A stretch of 64,000 nucleotides of DNA from Eledone cirrhosa (lineage: Eukaryota). The notes under the pieces are model-generated. The model saw only the letters and a list, made by a program, of their open reading frames with translations. It was not told the origin of the DNA and did no database searches. Location of the stretch: positions 166,036,001-166,100,000 of the forward strand of contig OZ024740.1 in NCBI GenBank assembly GCA_964016885.1, written 5' to 3'. Positions 1 to 14,703 of this stretch are shown one piece after another. A program made the translations under genes and the position numbers. Each line of letters begins with the position of its first letter. The first letter of the stretch is position 1.

Positions 1-1197
1 TGCTCTATAGGCGCTGGCCTGGGTTTAAACAATAGCAAAACCATCTGTATCTGTTCAATTAACCGTTATCTTTTCAGAACCATTTGAACAGTCCAAATCA
101 GAAGAATAGTTTAACTCCCAATGCCTAGTTAAGTGTGTATGCAATTTAGTGGTGACAATACAATAATTGCTGTTCAGAAGAACTTACTTTATATATTTCA
201 ATTGTAGCGTGTCTTCTCTCGGCTGCATGCTACTGGACTATTGATTAGATTATTGCATAACGAAATATGAAAACCTGTAAAGCATTAACAGCTAATCTCA
301 ACATGAGTAATAGATCAGGTATAGCATCATCATTTTCTCCTTGAGTGCCTTTTCCAGAGTTCATTGTGATGGAAGTATTTGAACAGGCGATTCCCTCTCA
401 TTCACGTTAGCCACTGCGTATCTTGCTCTGGGTATAAGATGTATCAATCTAACCAGCCTAGATAGGATTGATATACTGTTTTTCTCTTCTGACTAACATA
501 AAACAAAATATATAGTCGCTGATTTCTATATCATTAACATATCTCGTGACCACTACTGCCTCGTTCACTCCTTGGTCCTCCAACATAATCGCCATCAACA
601 CTTCCCACGGTAGCATTTGTCAACTAGAGAACCCATAGATAGCATTCATCATATTTATCACTACCATAACTACTACCATTACCAATAACTAGCGAAAACT
701 ACTTCTATGTTGTCGTTTAGTTTGCAAACAATAACAAGATCTCATTCAGATCACCCATGCTTACTGTCTTAAGTTAGAAAAGGATACGTTGGATTATGCA
801 GATAAATATGCCTATAAAAAGATGCCATAAACACGACTGGAATGCTTTTGATCGAAGATCTACTCATTTAAGGCTGACCAAAGAACTAACCCATCATAAA
901 AAAAGCATCAACCTCAATACTATTACTATATTTCTGAACTAAGCTGAATTAAATACATAACATATCTGAACTTATCAACTTTTCCCATGGTATGCTTTTA
1001 TTTGTTATGCCAAGTACTTGCCCCCATGTTTTCTTCAACGTACATTTCTACTTTCTTTCAAGTATCAACTTTAGTGGCACCTGGGATGCGATGCTAAGTA
1101 CTCGAAATAATGTAATGCATTCCTTCCATTATTGCTCACTTAACCTCTCTACATCATCAAATAAGACAATGAAAACAATGCTGATGATGAAGGTGTA

Positions 1198-1260
<63 letters not shown>

Positions 1261-1630
1261 TTAATATATTGGGTAGTTGAAATGTATTAGCAGTAGTAGC
1301 ACTAGTTTAAATAAAAAAAAGTTAAACAATAAAGAAAAGTCGATTATATCGATGTGCTATCGACGTGATATTTGACTGGTAGTTTATTTATCAACCACGA
1401 AATGATGAATGGAAGATTTTGACTCATATTGTAACGCATTTTGTCCATCGCTCGGACGATTCTTTCAGTCCGCTGCCAATATAATGAATTGGCAAAAACT
1501 GTAGAATGCCGGACAGAATATATTGCGTTATTTATTTACGTACATTTACGGTCTTCGTTCAAATCTTCCCAATATCGATTTTGCCTTGTATAATGCCGGT
1601 TTCGTTAACATAAAGCAATAATGAATATTA

Positions 1631-1802
1631 CAGACCTGCCAACATGTAAAAACCCACACGGGGCGTACCATGAAAAATGTGCCCCAAATCGAGAGATTTT
1701 ACGTAATGAAAGCTATACCCATTTTCACAAGAGTAAACATCTCCCACCCACTTTGGGGTGGGTGGGAGAATACCCGTCGGACGGAGAGAGTTTACAGATT
1801 TG
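1631..1802 (+). mobile_element. Non-autonomous DNA transposon (MITE, hAT-like termini) with an apparent 6-bp TSD
   Basis: Starts CAGACCTGCCAAC and ends in a degenerate GTTTACAGATTTG. Flanks are ATATTA / ATGTTA. Homologous to 62640-62834. Confidence 0.7.
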
Positions 1803-2612
1803 ATGTTATCAATTATACACCACCCCTGAATTCAATAATTATTTCTTATGCTTGAAATAATTGTCTATTCTAAGCAAAAATAGGGTGGGGGATTAGTATA
1901 ATCAACTCTAGCATTGGTATCTATTTTGTTCATAAAAGACAGACATAAAATGAATCGAATTTATCAAATACTTCATTACATTTAAATACTGGCATTTAGC
2001 CAATATGTTTCAACTAGACACACGTTCGTTGTTTTGGTATGAGTTATAAAACACGAGTTCATTTTAGTACATTTCTAACAAATAAGTTGTCAATTCCTGC
2101 TGGAGGAAAAACAAAATTAGTCAACTCATTAATGAATTCTCTATTAAAAGCTAATATGTTGTATAGATTTTTACTTATTTTATATTGGCGTTATACTAAG
2201 AATATCGGTTTACTATCAATTAATTACATTATAATAGCAACATTTAAAGTAATCCTTTCAAAGTAATATTTATAGACTTGTAAGATAAAATGCTGTCAAT
2301 ATATATATTATATATACACATACAGAAAGAGTGAGACATACATATACATAGATTGAAAAACTAGTAGAGAGAGAGAGAGAGATTTAAGACCGTCCTACAT
2401 CAAACGAAAAAAAAAAAAACGTAGAAAAGTTTTAGTTAGGGAGTGCGGGGGGTGAGTGGAGTGAGAGCTGAAGTAGTATTTCATTTTCTTTCTATAGATA
2501 AGATGAGAAACGAGCAGACAGTATCACTCTTCTAGAAAAAGCGGTTAGTTCTTCGCCAACTCGCCCACTTTTCGTTTTCGGAAAATTATTCGACATCCAG
2601 GTTGGAGGAGGT

Positions 2613-3798
2613 CAGATTACAACGTGTAACATATATTTTGTTCCCCGGTTCTAAGTGGCATTTCCTGGTTTGTTATATCCCATTATTATTAAAAAAACAC
2701 TCTTATTTCATCAGAAGTTTGGGTTTGTGGTCACGAGTTTGATATTTGTGGTCAGGAGTTTGAAAAAACACATTTTTTTAAAAATGTATCAGTTCATGTA
2801 ATTAAATCAACAGAGTATATATTTATTTTATTACACAAGCTTATCAAAAGCAAACAAGTAAAAACAAATAACACTTATAAAGCAACTTATACACATACGA
2901 AATGACTGGATTTCATGGATTTGCGGTTGTAGTCCAGGTCGCATTCCCGCACTAGCCCCCCAGATATAGTCCCCCATCATTTTTTCATTGTAGCGGCCCT
3001 GGTACCTCCGCTCTATATCTTTCACATCTTGGTGGAATCGTTCGCCCTGTTCTTCTGAGTAGGCGCCCATATTGTCCTTGAATTTTTCCAGGTGAGCGTC
3101 CAGCATATGGAGTTTAAGCGATATCCTGCATCCCATGGCGCCAAAAGCCTTTATCAGATCCTGCACCAGTTGCTGGTAGTTTTCAGCTCGGTAGTTGCCC
3201 AGGAAGCCCTTAACAGGAAGCCTTGAAACAGTTGCATGCTGTTCTCTCAATCTTATTGAGCTTATTGGAGATCTCGGTAGACTCAAACACCTTCTTTATC
3301 TGAGGTCCAACACAAATTCCACCTTTGATTTTGGCCTCAGATAACTTGGGGAAGAACTCAAGAAGGTACTTAAAAGAGGTTGATTCTTGGTTGAGAGCCT
3401 GTACAAACTGCTTCATCAACCCAGACTTAATGTGCAGTGGCGGCATGAGCACAATCCTGGGATCAACCAGTGGCTCCCACATGACGTTCCGGGTCCCAAC
3501 TACAAATTTTGTTCGCTGCTCCCAGTTCTTTCTTTTGTAGTGGTCAGAGTTGGCTCTGCTGTCCCAAAGGCAGAGGAAGCATTGGAATTTGATAAAATCA
3601 TTTAACATAAGCAAATTAAACTTACATACAGCGTAAAATCCAAATAATTCTAGTGAATAGCTTAGAATTTTTACAAGCCCAAACTTTTAACTGTTTAATA
3701 GCACTTTTTTTTATTTATTTAGGATCTAAGCAACACAAAAAAGTGATTACAAGCCAAGAACAGAGAAAAACATTTTTTTTTGTTACACGCTGTTAGTG
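2613..3798 (-). mobile_element. Internally deleted Chapaev3-like (CMC) DNA transposon with a frameshifted transposase C-terminus
   Basis: ORFs 3210-3614 and 2831-3286 give CFLCLWDSRA..PPLHIKSGLMKQFV and SLKLHMLDAHL..SEEQGERFHQD..ERRYQG..MMGDY, motifs I recall from Chapaev3-type transposases. Imperfect TIRs: ACAACGTGTAACA (2619) and TGTTACACGCTGTTAGTG (3781-3798). Confidence 0.75.
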
Positions 3799-5016
3799 GA
3801 AAACACACGAAAACCATTAACTATTATGAATTTTATTTAATGTTATTAGTGGTAGCCAAAACCCTTACACACATGCATAGAACAAATGATATTAAAACGT
3901 AAGCGCATACATGTGTGCGCTTTGGACATGCATTGGTTCCAATGATGAGTGTTCTTTATGTTCGATGAACAGAATAGCTTGCTCAAGTTATGTGGCTAAG
4001 TATTCTACAGTCCCGTGCACCCTTAACGTTGTTCACAAGGAGATAGATACATCATAACATTATATGTGAAAAGAAATAAAGATACAACTCATTTCTTCCA
4101 GCTGATCTGACTGAACAGATCCTTGCTCAATGATGCAACATACCATCGGGAATCAACTCACGTTCTTATTATCGTGTGCTGAACATCCTAATCCTCAAGC
4201 CACACACTTTCACATCATATATGCATACTAACATACACGCACATATTGTGTACGTAACATGGAGAAACAATACTCAATACATGGAGTGGAATATATTTAT
4301 TCATACGAATGCAATGATTCCTGATATAACTACGCCGCATTTCCCGTTTCTGTACGGTCAAAGGCGATAAAGTCGGAGTATCAATGGCGTGAATTATTTG
4401 CTTCGGAGATATATATGTATATATGTTGCGTTAGCTCAAGAGCGTAGTCGAGCTGAAGAACAGAGAAACGAATTTTCTTAAACTAAAATTAAAAACTAAA
4501 GTGAACAAAATCAAGTATAAGACGATTTGTTTACTTTATATATATCAATACATTCCACTCTCAAGAGCGTGAAACTAATAAACCTTGGTTCGTACTGCCT
4601 CTCTGTTTTGTTCCCGTTCCATTTTTCACTATATATATATATATAAACGGAAAAAATGAAACGAAATTTCATTTCTCACTCTTGGTACGGCTGTTACTTA
4701 AATATAAGTATGTATACGTACATACATAATTGTATACAGACGTACTGTAGTATGTTTATTTATATACATACATGCACACATATATATATGTACGTATGGA
4801 TTCACCGAACATTTATTATAATGCTCTGTGTCTTTGTAAATAAACATCCCGAATTAAGCCGTACAGTGTCTAGCAACCATGGTTGCTCATTTGTTCAACA
4901 CTGACAAAGGAACGCTGTACTAGTTTCAATCATCTGGCAGGAAGGTATACGTTGCTGACGATAGCTAATAAGGTGGTACGTCTGTATACATATATGTATG
5001 TAAGTATACATACTTA

Positions 5017-5070
<54 letters not shown>

Positions 5071-5376
5071 CCCGTTACACGCAAACATAATTATTCTACA
5101 TTGATATCGGGTCCTTCCTCCTCCTTCTTCTTCTTCTTCTTGTGGCTTAAAAAAATGTCTTTACTGTTTGAGTTGAAAATCAATGGTTACTAGTGAACCA
5201 GAGCCGTGTGACTCTGACCTTGACATTGAAATCAGTGTAGACTAATGTGGCAGAGTCAGAGTGTTAAGTTGTCACTTATTGTTTCGGTGCTTGATTGAAT
5301 AGTTTTATTGAATTACAAGAATTTCAAGAGAGGAGGAAAATTTCGTTTCCTCAGGATAGAACTTGAGATAGGTACA

Positions 5377-5377
5377 T

Positions 5378-5413
<36 letters not shown>

Positions 5414-5561
5414 CAGCAGCAATAGTAGTAGTAGTAGCAGCAGCAATAGTAGTAGTAGTAGCAGCAGCAATAGTAGTAGTAGTAGCAGCAGCAGTAGTAG
5501 TAGTATTAGTAGTAGTAGTAGTAGTAGTAGCATCATCAGCAGCAGCAGTAGTAGTAGTAGT
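5377..5561. repeat. (TAG)n/(CAG)n compound trinucleotide repeat
   Basis: Direct reading. Confidence 0.95.
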
Positions 5562-6045
5562 CCAATTTCACATATAATTAGCATTAATAATCACATCTAT
5601 TAATGTTGACGAAGGCGGTAATGACGTGAAAAACAAAGGTTCCTATGGAGCAGCGTTTTCGACATTAAAACATATTCGGAATGGAATGTAAATTGCGCTG
5701 CGAAAATTGCCCAAGGCAACACAATTTTCATGGCCTAGTTAGTTCTCCGCGGAGTTTAGAAATCCCAAGCCATTGTGCAACTTCAACACGAGCTTCGAAC
5801 GTTTGTTAGGGCAACCCAACAACAACATGAAATAATGATAATGTTATGAGAACTACTATATAGCAAAATTAAAATAAGGTTTCCTAAATTGGGCACAAGG
5901 CCAGGAATTTGTGGAGAGTAGAAAGTCGATTAAATCGATCCATGTACTTCACTGATACATTTTATTAAGTCCGGTAAAATGAAAGCCAAAGGCGATCCCA
6001 ACTGGATGGATTATTAGGAAGCAGTTTAATACTTCAACGCCGCCC

Positions 6046-7033
<988 letters not shown>

Positions 7034-7359
7034 AAACATACATGTAGATGGTTGTGTATATATGTGTACGCTCGCATACATATACCAACATATATATAGA
7101 CACACAAGTAGGTAGACACATAGATTAAGTAAAAGAGAAAAATGTGCGATATTTATGCTAATGGTAATGACTTCACGTAATACATAATTTAAAGACAACG
7201 ATTGATTTAGAGGTGGAGATGAAGCAATACAGCAAACACACACGTGTACATCTATATGTTTAGATACAGAGGAGCGTACGTGTAATAGAGAGGATGTCTG
7301 AGATTGCGGGCATTCGTGTGTGATAGTAAGATAGATAGACAAAGATATATATATATATA

Positions 7360-7825
7360 TAAAATATGTAGAGCTTATATTTAATTTGTTGGGATACAAC
7401 AAGCTAAATATTTTTATAACTGATATAAAGCACTCAACAAATTATTGGAGTAAATATACAATATATTAACAAATGGAAACTATATTGATAAAACCATATT
7501 TATTTCATTATCCATATTTCAAGGGCCACCAAAGCAAACGATGGTGCGCTTTCATCAAATAAAATATCATATAGGTTAGTTTTATAAATAAATATTGACA
7601 TACCCTTTAAAAATGCAACCATTCATGTTGGAATATCCTGGATAGACTATCCAGGAGATTCCAACCAGAATGGTTGCATTTTTTAAGGGTATGTCAATAT
7701 TTATTTATAAAACTAACCTATATGATATTTTATTTGATGAAAGCGCACCATCGTTTGCTTTGGTGGCCCTTGAAATATGGATAATGAAATAAATATGGTT
7801 TTATCAATATAGTTTCCATTTGTTA

Positions 7826-7832
<7 letters not shown>
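7360..7832. mobile_element. Foldback element (family B), ~186-bp inverted arms each with a hammerhead-like motif, flanked by (TA)n
   Basis: 7460-7645 is the near-perfect reverse complement of 7647-7832. The plus-arm motif reads TATTTTAT-TTGATGA-stem II-GAAA-TATGGA-TA-ATGAAATA (7726-7791); its core C3 is T. Confidence 0.85.
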
Positions 7833-7872
<40 letters not shown>

Positions 7873-7897
7873 TTATCTCTCTCCCCGTATATATATA

Positions 7898-7972
<75 letters not shown>

Positions 7973-8274
7973 CATCAAATTTATATAAAGACGCGTGCCG
8001 AAGGTCGATACAAGCTGGTGCAGCCAAAGTTTGTATGTGTTGGAGGTAGGATTAATAGAAGCCGCAGCAGTGTTCGTCAGGATAATTTGTCTCACATCAC
8101 AACACCGGAAAGACGTGTTTAATTGATAGCTTTCAGTCACGAATTCCCACGGAAGATAACAATATGAGATTGGGATGGAGTGCAGCAGATAGAAGCAGGT
8201 AGCGAAATAGACGTTGTGATTGATAGATTATCAGAAAGAAAAAGATAGTTAAAAGAGAGGAGCACATGTGTTTA

Positions 8275-8328
<54 letters not shown>

Positions 8329-8332
8329 TAGT

Positions 8333-8397
<65 letters not shown>

Positions 8398-8524
8398 ATA
8401 TATGTATATATATATATATACATGTATATATATGTATATATATATATAACAAAGGAATTGTGGTAAGGAACCAGATGGACCATAACGCACCAGAGTACTC
8501 AATATTTAGGGTAGTAGAGTGGGA

Positions 8525-8642
8525 AATAGGAAAACGTATGTCACCGACGGCAGAGCTCAAGCCGTTTCGACGGCTATTTCTAGTCCAGAAATAGCCATCA
8601 AAACGGCTTGAGCTCTGCCGTCGGGGTCATACTCTTTCCTAT
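8525..8642. repeat. GC-richer ~56-bp-arm hairpin (foldback) ending in (TA)n
   Basis: CCGACGGCAGAGCTCAAGCCGTTTCGACGGCTATTTCT-AGTCC-AGAAATAGCCATCAAAACGGCTTGAGCTCTGCCGTCGG. Confidence 0.85.
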
Positions 8643-11600
8643 ATATATATATATATATATACACAATTTAAAGATTTAGTATCGAAATGGCATCTACAGG
8701 ACTAGAACTGTTTCATTCGAAGAGAAGCATCATGTATTGAGTACCTTACCACTGTGGTTACCCTCGATTGAACCCGGAATACACATACACTAACACACAC
8801 ACATACACAGATATATGTATGTGTGTGTGTGTGTGTGTATCCAGGGTTCTATATATATATATATATATATAGAAAGAGATAGCGCGAGAGAGAGAGACTG
8901 AGGGTCTCGTGCTAAAAGATAGACCAGAGTAAAAGTAATAAAAAAAAATCCATGTACAACATTATATTAGAAAAGAGAGATGTATGACCAGAGAGTTGTA
9001 ATTTAAAGAATATATGTATGAGGGTGGGATATATTTTAATGTGGGGAAAAGAAAGTAGAAAAGGAGTGGGACAAAAGCAGAACGGATAATTGTATGGGCT
9101 GTATATTAGAATAAAAAGGGAGATAATGTGGAGGAAACTGACAATAGTATATAAATGTGTGTGTGTGTGCGTATATATATTTATATGTGTGTGTGCGTAT
9201 ATATATTTATCTGTGTGTATATATATTTAAATATATTCACATAATACATATATATATATACAAACATACATACAAACATATATATAAATACATACATACA
9301 TACATGCTTAAAAAGAAATTTGTATATTCGGGTATGAAACCCTGAGTAACTATAAAATGAAGCTCAGTATACATTTCCATACATATATAAACTGTAATTC
9401 ATGTATTGAGTCGGCTTTGCTTTCATTTGTACACAAAAATGCTGGCATATATATACATACACAGGTACATATGTTTAGATTGAAATATATGTATGTGTGT
9501 GTGAGTGTGTTTGTCTGTATGAGAGAGAGAGAGTGTGTGTGTGTGTGTGTGTATTATCGTTGAGCGAAATCAATTTCTATCTGTGACGAAAAGAAATAAA
9601 GAAATACATAAGACAAGGTCGGGTTGGAAAATCATGAAGTGTAATGGAAAATTTAACCTCGGGCTCTTTTGTTGTTCAGCTTACATTACCCTTTAATGAG
9701 ATGATTTCTCCCCCTCTCTCTGATAAAAACGTTGCCAATCTTAACCTATATGATCTTTCTTTTCACTCCATTTTCCAATTGCCTCCCATTTCCGTTGTTC
9801 TTGTTCTTGTTCGATGTTCTATCTCTATCACTCCTTTTACCTTTTCTACATATTGTTTTTCCGCTGGTTGCTTTTAACACCTTCACATACATATAAAGTA
9901 CGCATACATTCTACTAAACAGTCTTTAATATTTCTCACCATTATATCTGCTTCAACTTTAACTTCCCTTTCGGTCACTGTATAATCCGTTTCTCCATATA
10001 GCTTGTTTTCACTCCTTCATTTTCTGCTTCTGTTACTCGCTTATATAACTTTCTCCTTTATGATATTGAAGCACTAATAATCAATTATTCGTGTTATATG
10101 GTGGAATATAATCATTGCAATATCTTTTTTCGCTCAATAACTTAATTTATTCCTTCACGTTATACTGGATCTTTAAGCGACACTCTTAGATAGAAAAGGG
10201 CTCTCGTACCGACCACACCACAATGGAGTAATTACCGAACTATTATTGAAAGAAGTGTGTATATCCTCGTGCTGTAAGATTAATCAGTAGATCTGCGTAA
10301 TGTACAGATACGTACATGTGTACGTGTGTAATCATATAGACGATGCTTTTCTTTTGCTTCAGGCACTGTATCATTGTCCTTGCCAGAGCATGTGATATAG
10401 TGGTTTGAATAAAAGGATCCTAAATATATTGGTAAGATTTCCTGTGGATCGTATTGATCAGACAAACAATGAATAAATTCAATAATTCCAGATTGTCATT
10501 ATTCACAGATCACTTTTTGTCTATCTGTTGAATTTCAAACAGTTGGAATCTTATACATATGATTCAATGATATTTGTTTTATATTATTGACGTCCTTGAC
10601 TGGAAGAATGGTATGATTATTCGAGATTAGCCAGCTTAATATGTACGTTGAATTATTTTAGGAATGGGCGTAGAGCATTATAGGATATCAATCAATAAAA
10701 AGCATTGGGGAAAATACTTTGGAAAGAAATCTCCCATATAAGAGGTTGATAAATCAAGTCACGGATTTGAAATATTGGCTTAAATGGAAATACTTTCAAA
10801 CTGAATTGGAAATTTCAAAACTTACCTGGTGGAGATAATCACTTTTTAAAACATATCTACTGCACTTAAAGATTTTTAGCGATTCTCATTCACAGTCCTA
10901 CGAACAACTTTGTACAAAATCAGTCAAATTTAGACGGACTTAAGATAATCAACATTCCGACATTCTGCCAACAGATTTAAAGTTTGCATTATAGTGTGGA
11001 ACTTCAAAGTTGAGATAATTTTTTTAAAACGAAAAGGAAAAAACAAATTAGAATACCTCATAGAAAATAGCTACATGGTCATGTAATATCTACTTATGTA
11101 TAATCTCTTCAACTTATTTTCAATTATTGTATATCAACCGGGAGAATGAATAATGACTGCATTTTTAATTAATAAAGTGTTGATTCTTCTTTTATAATGG
11201 CATAAATTCACCTTGTTGTAATAAGGTTATAGATTTGCTGTTATTTTATTGAACCTAATCTTTCAATGTATATTCTGTTTGATGAAAGAAATGTCTGCAG
11301 TTTATTGTTATTTTAACCGGATAAAATTACTGTTTTCAATCCATCCTTTTTTTCTCGGTTATATTGTTATTTTTTATTTTAGTTTGTATTTCTATTTTAA
11401 ATTGTTGCTTAAGTAATAAAATTTAACCATTTTGTTGTCAATAATTTTATCGGAAGTTAGAAACATCAAGTGAGGAAGAAAAAAAGTAAAACACGCAGAA
11501 ATAATGTGTGTGAAGAAGTGGGTGAGTGAGAGATAGCGAATGATAGATACAAAGAGGAATTGAGAGAAAGATGTACTGTTAAAAGAGAGAGAGAAGAGTG

Positions 11601-14148
11601 AAAGAAAGGATACGTTAAAAGTAATAAAAGCTAGATTAGTAGATTGATCAGTGAGATAGTGTATAACTAGCGGGAGGAAGAGAGTGAAAGAAGCAATAAA
11701 AGCCAACGATGCAGTCAGAGCTCGACAGTGTGATAAAGGCGGAGAGAAAGAGAGAATTATGGAGAGGATGAGTGTGAGAGATAGATAGAGGGAAGTAGAG
11801 TAAGTTGATAATATCACACTATCAAACAGCTAACATATGTAAAAGGACTCGCGTGATTAACGAAAATTCTGTAACGGACATTCCATTGTTGATGAAAGAT
11901 ATTAGTGAGAGCTGTATAAACCCCACTTACATACACATACACACATAGGCACGACTCTCTCGTATCGTCTCCTCTCCTATCACACTTTCATAATGCCATT
12001 GAAAACGAACACTCCTCAAGAATTCAGCTCCTTTTCAAAAACAATGGCTTGTCATGTTACATTACCTCAACGTAGAGAATTTCTGTTGGTTTAGGAATGG
12101 TTGGAAGTTAATTCTATCATGTTTTTATAATTCTATCTTGCCTTTGATATTCTCGCGAGATTTCAAGACGTAACAGAGAATATTCTATTATACTAATAAA
12201 AAAAAGATCAAACTCTCTCATGAGATATATTATATTAGAGGTCGATGTCTGCCTGAATTGTATAAACTAAATGTAGATTAATAGAAGTATCGTACAATGA
12301 TATTAACTCTATAGAAAACAAGATATAATTGATCATGCCACAGGAGGATAAGAAGAAATTTCGTTAAATATGAGCATGTTTTATGTCTACATTAAATAAT
12401 TGTTTTCGGCGATAATCTTTATTGATACACACACATTGATACCATATAATAAATACAAAGTATTCGCAATTCTTGTTTCCTTATACATTCAAATTCTCTA
12501 CAAACATGTATCTAAACACACACACACTCACACACACATATATATATATATATAAAGAGGGAAAGAGAGAAAGAAAGAGAGAGAGTGAGAGAGCAAGCAC
12601 TACACATGAATGTTTCATTTTTTGTAAATGTATGTACTGTATTTTGACTTACATATTATTAAGTGTTTAATTCTAAAATCTCCTAAAAGCCCCAAGTATT
12701 TCAGGACAGACATAACTCCGTTGCCTGTAGAGCAACAACATTCAAGTACTGATGCGTATTTTGTCCTTCATAAATCACAGGAACAATTATCTTCAGTGAC
12801 CGTTGGTATTTAATTATTTTACAGACAACATATAAGATCGAACTGCCAAACCTTGTCACAAATGTACTACGCACATAAACTATATGCAGGGAATAGTGGG
12901 GTGATCGTAATATCTGTAGGCTCTCGAACAAATTGCCTTGCGGTGTCCTGTAAATTCACATTCATATGCATTTAGAATCAACTTAAAAATCTTATGCGTC
13001 TGAGGTCGATAATATAAAGTACATGTTAAATACTGTAAGTCAATATAGATCACCTTTCTCGTAAAAATATAATTCAGAAATGAATATGATATATGCAATA
13101 AATGGATAGGATGAGCGTTTGTGAAATACTCAACCATTAGCACGTTAATCCCACGAATGGGTGTTCAGTTGGGCGGACAACTGAATGTATTACGTCAAAA
13201 TTGACGGAGGATCCATCATTAACATCTCGACAGGGAAAGGTGATGGAATATTATGCTGACATTGGGTTATGACTTGGACGTTTGCCATTGTCACTTAGCT
13301 TTTAATTTTCTTTTTACTATTAGTGCTAAAACGAGAATTAAAATAAAATCAGAATTAATCCGCTTTAAATATCCGCCAGCGCGATAATTGATAACAAGGT
13401 AATTAATTGATATCCAGGTGAGACACGTTTTTTATGTTGAATTTTAGCACATATAACAGTTACATATCAATTATCTGTATATAAATAATTAATATGTATT
13501 TCTCATCCCTTTTGTCTATCTCCAAGGATACATTAACCGAATTTTCTAAACTATTATTTATAGTGATCGACTATTTTTATGATCATCTGGTTTGGGCGCA
13601 CCCATTTCAAATTTTCTCAATACATCTTAAGTCAACCGCTTCATTTATATATATCCACACGCAGCCACACAGCCACACGTGTGTGTGTTTGTTTGTGTAG
13701 CGCGGTAACTAAAAGGTTCTTTCTTCAGAGATAGTAGAACGTAGTACAAACTAATTTACCCTCGCTCACTCACACTCACAATCTCTCATAAATGTGTGTA
13801 TACTAGACGAAAAATAAACGAACAGGGGAGGGAATAATCAAATTCTCCAAACACACGAAGACCTGCGGTAATATAACAGCTAACACCTATATACATTAGT
13901 CAAGAGTATCAAGGGAACACGCTCTATGAAAAAAATGTCTTAGATGATCATGTTAACATTCAAGACTGCAGCTGATCAAAGGGGCACTGGAGAGAGATTA
14001 AGGGGTGAAAAATCGTTTCTGTTAACAAGCGTCAACTGAAATGTGTTGAATGAAAATCTTTTCATAAATATCTTCAACTTGGACTATGTTTCTTTTGTGA
14101 TGAATGATTTTCTTTTGAGCAAATCTTCTATGTTCATAACTCGCACAC

Positions 14149-14295
14149 ATGTATGTATGTATGTATGTATGTATGTATGTATGTATGTATGTATGTATGT
14201 ATGTATGTATGTATGTATGTATGTATGTATGTATGTATGTATGTATGTATGTATGTATGTATGTATGTATGTATGTATGTATGTATGTATGTATG
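14149..14295. repeat. (ATGT)n tetranucleotide microsatellite
   Basis: Direct reading; others at 53496-53570 and 59775-59910. Confidence 0.95.
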
Positions 14296-14546
14296 CATGC
14301 ATGTACACACATATATTTATATATACATACATATTTCTACACATATACATATGTATATACACATGTGTAGATACATACATATCTACACATATACATGTGT
14401 ATATACATATGTATATACAAACGCGTCTCACCTGTATATACACATATTTCTGTCTACAAAAATCGCGTACAAGAACATTTGTATATGTAATGCACATCGT
14501 CAACATATTAATTATTCAAATCCCCGTTTTTCTTTTTTAATTGTAG

Positions 14547-14677
14547 GTACTACGTGTTCAGCAATGGTTCTCTCTATTTCCCGAGTGTCCAACCAGGAGA
14601 TAAAGGAATTTACCGGTGCGAAGGTATCAGCACTCATCATCCCAAACAAGCTTTCACAGCAGAACTAGAGATGGCAT
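14547..14677 (+). CDS. PTK7: Coding exon, C-terminal half of an Ig domain of a PTK7/off-track-like receptor (approx. Ig3)
   Basis: Pyrimidine tract plus TTGTAG acceptor; GTAAGT donor at 14678. Translates as (x)YYVFSNGSLYFPSVQPGDKGIYRCEGISTHHPKQAFTAELEMA with the Ig D-x-G-x-Y-x-C motif. Resembles human PTK7 VFANGSL...GIYRCIG...ATLHLA (recalled, not aligned by tool). Phase 2 in, phase 1 out. Confidence 0.85.
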
Positions 14678-14703
14678 GTAAGTGAAATTTATGTTTCTCG
14701 ATG

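Noticed and set aside
4430-4690. CTGAAGA..GAAACG motif and a short CTCAAGAGCGT repeat between TA runs
   Set aside because: No stem I or stem II pairing can be drawn.
5308-5584. Poly-Val/Ala and poly-Leu ORFs resembling transmembrane segments
   Set aside because: Trinucleotide microsatellite translations.
10400-11340. Possible decayed retroelement ORF on the minus strand
   Set aside because: I could not recover any diagnostic RT or endonuclease motif by eye.
12704-12805. Candidate upstream exon (TTTCAG..G|GTATT)
   Set aside because: Translation lacks Ig motifs and the donor is weak; the first half of this Ig domain is probably upstream of the window.
14043-14668. ORFs of 140-171 aa overlapping the first exon
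   Set aside because: Driven by (ATGT)n; the real exon is read in a different frame from ORF 14153-14668.
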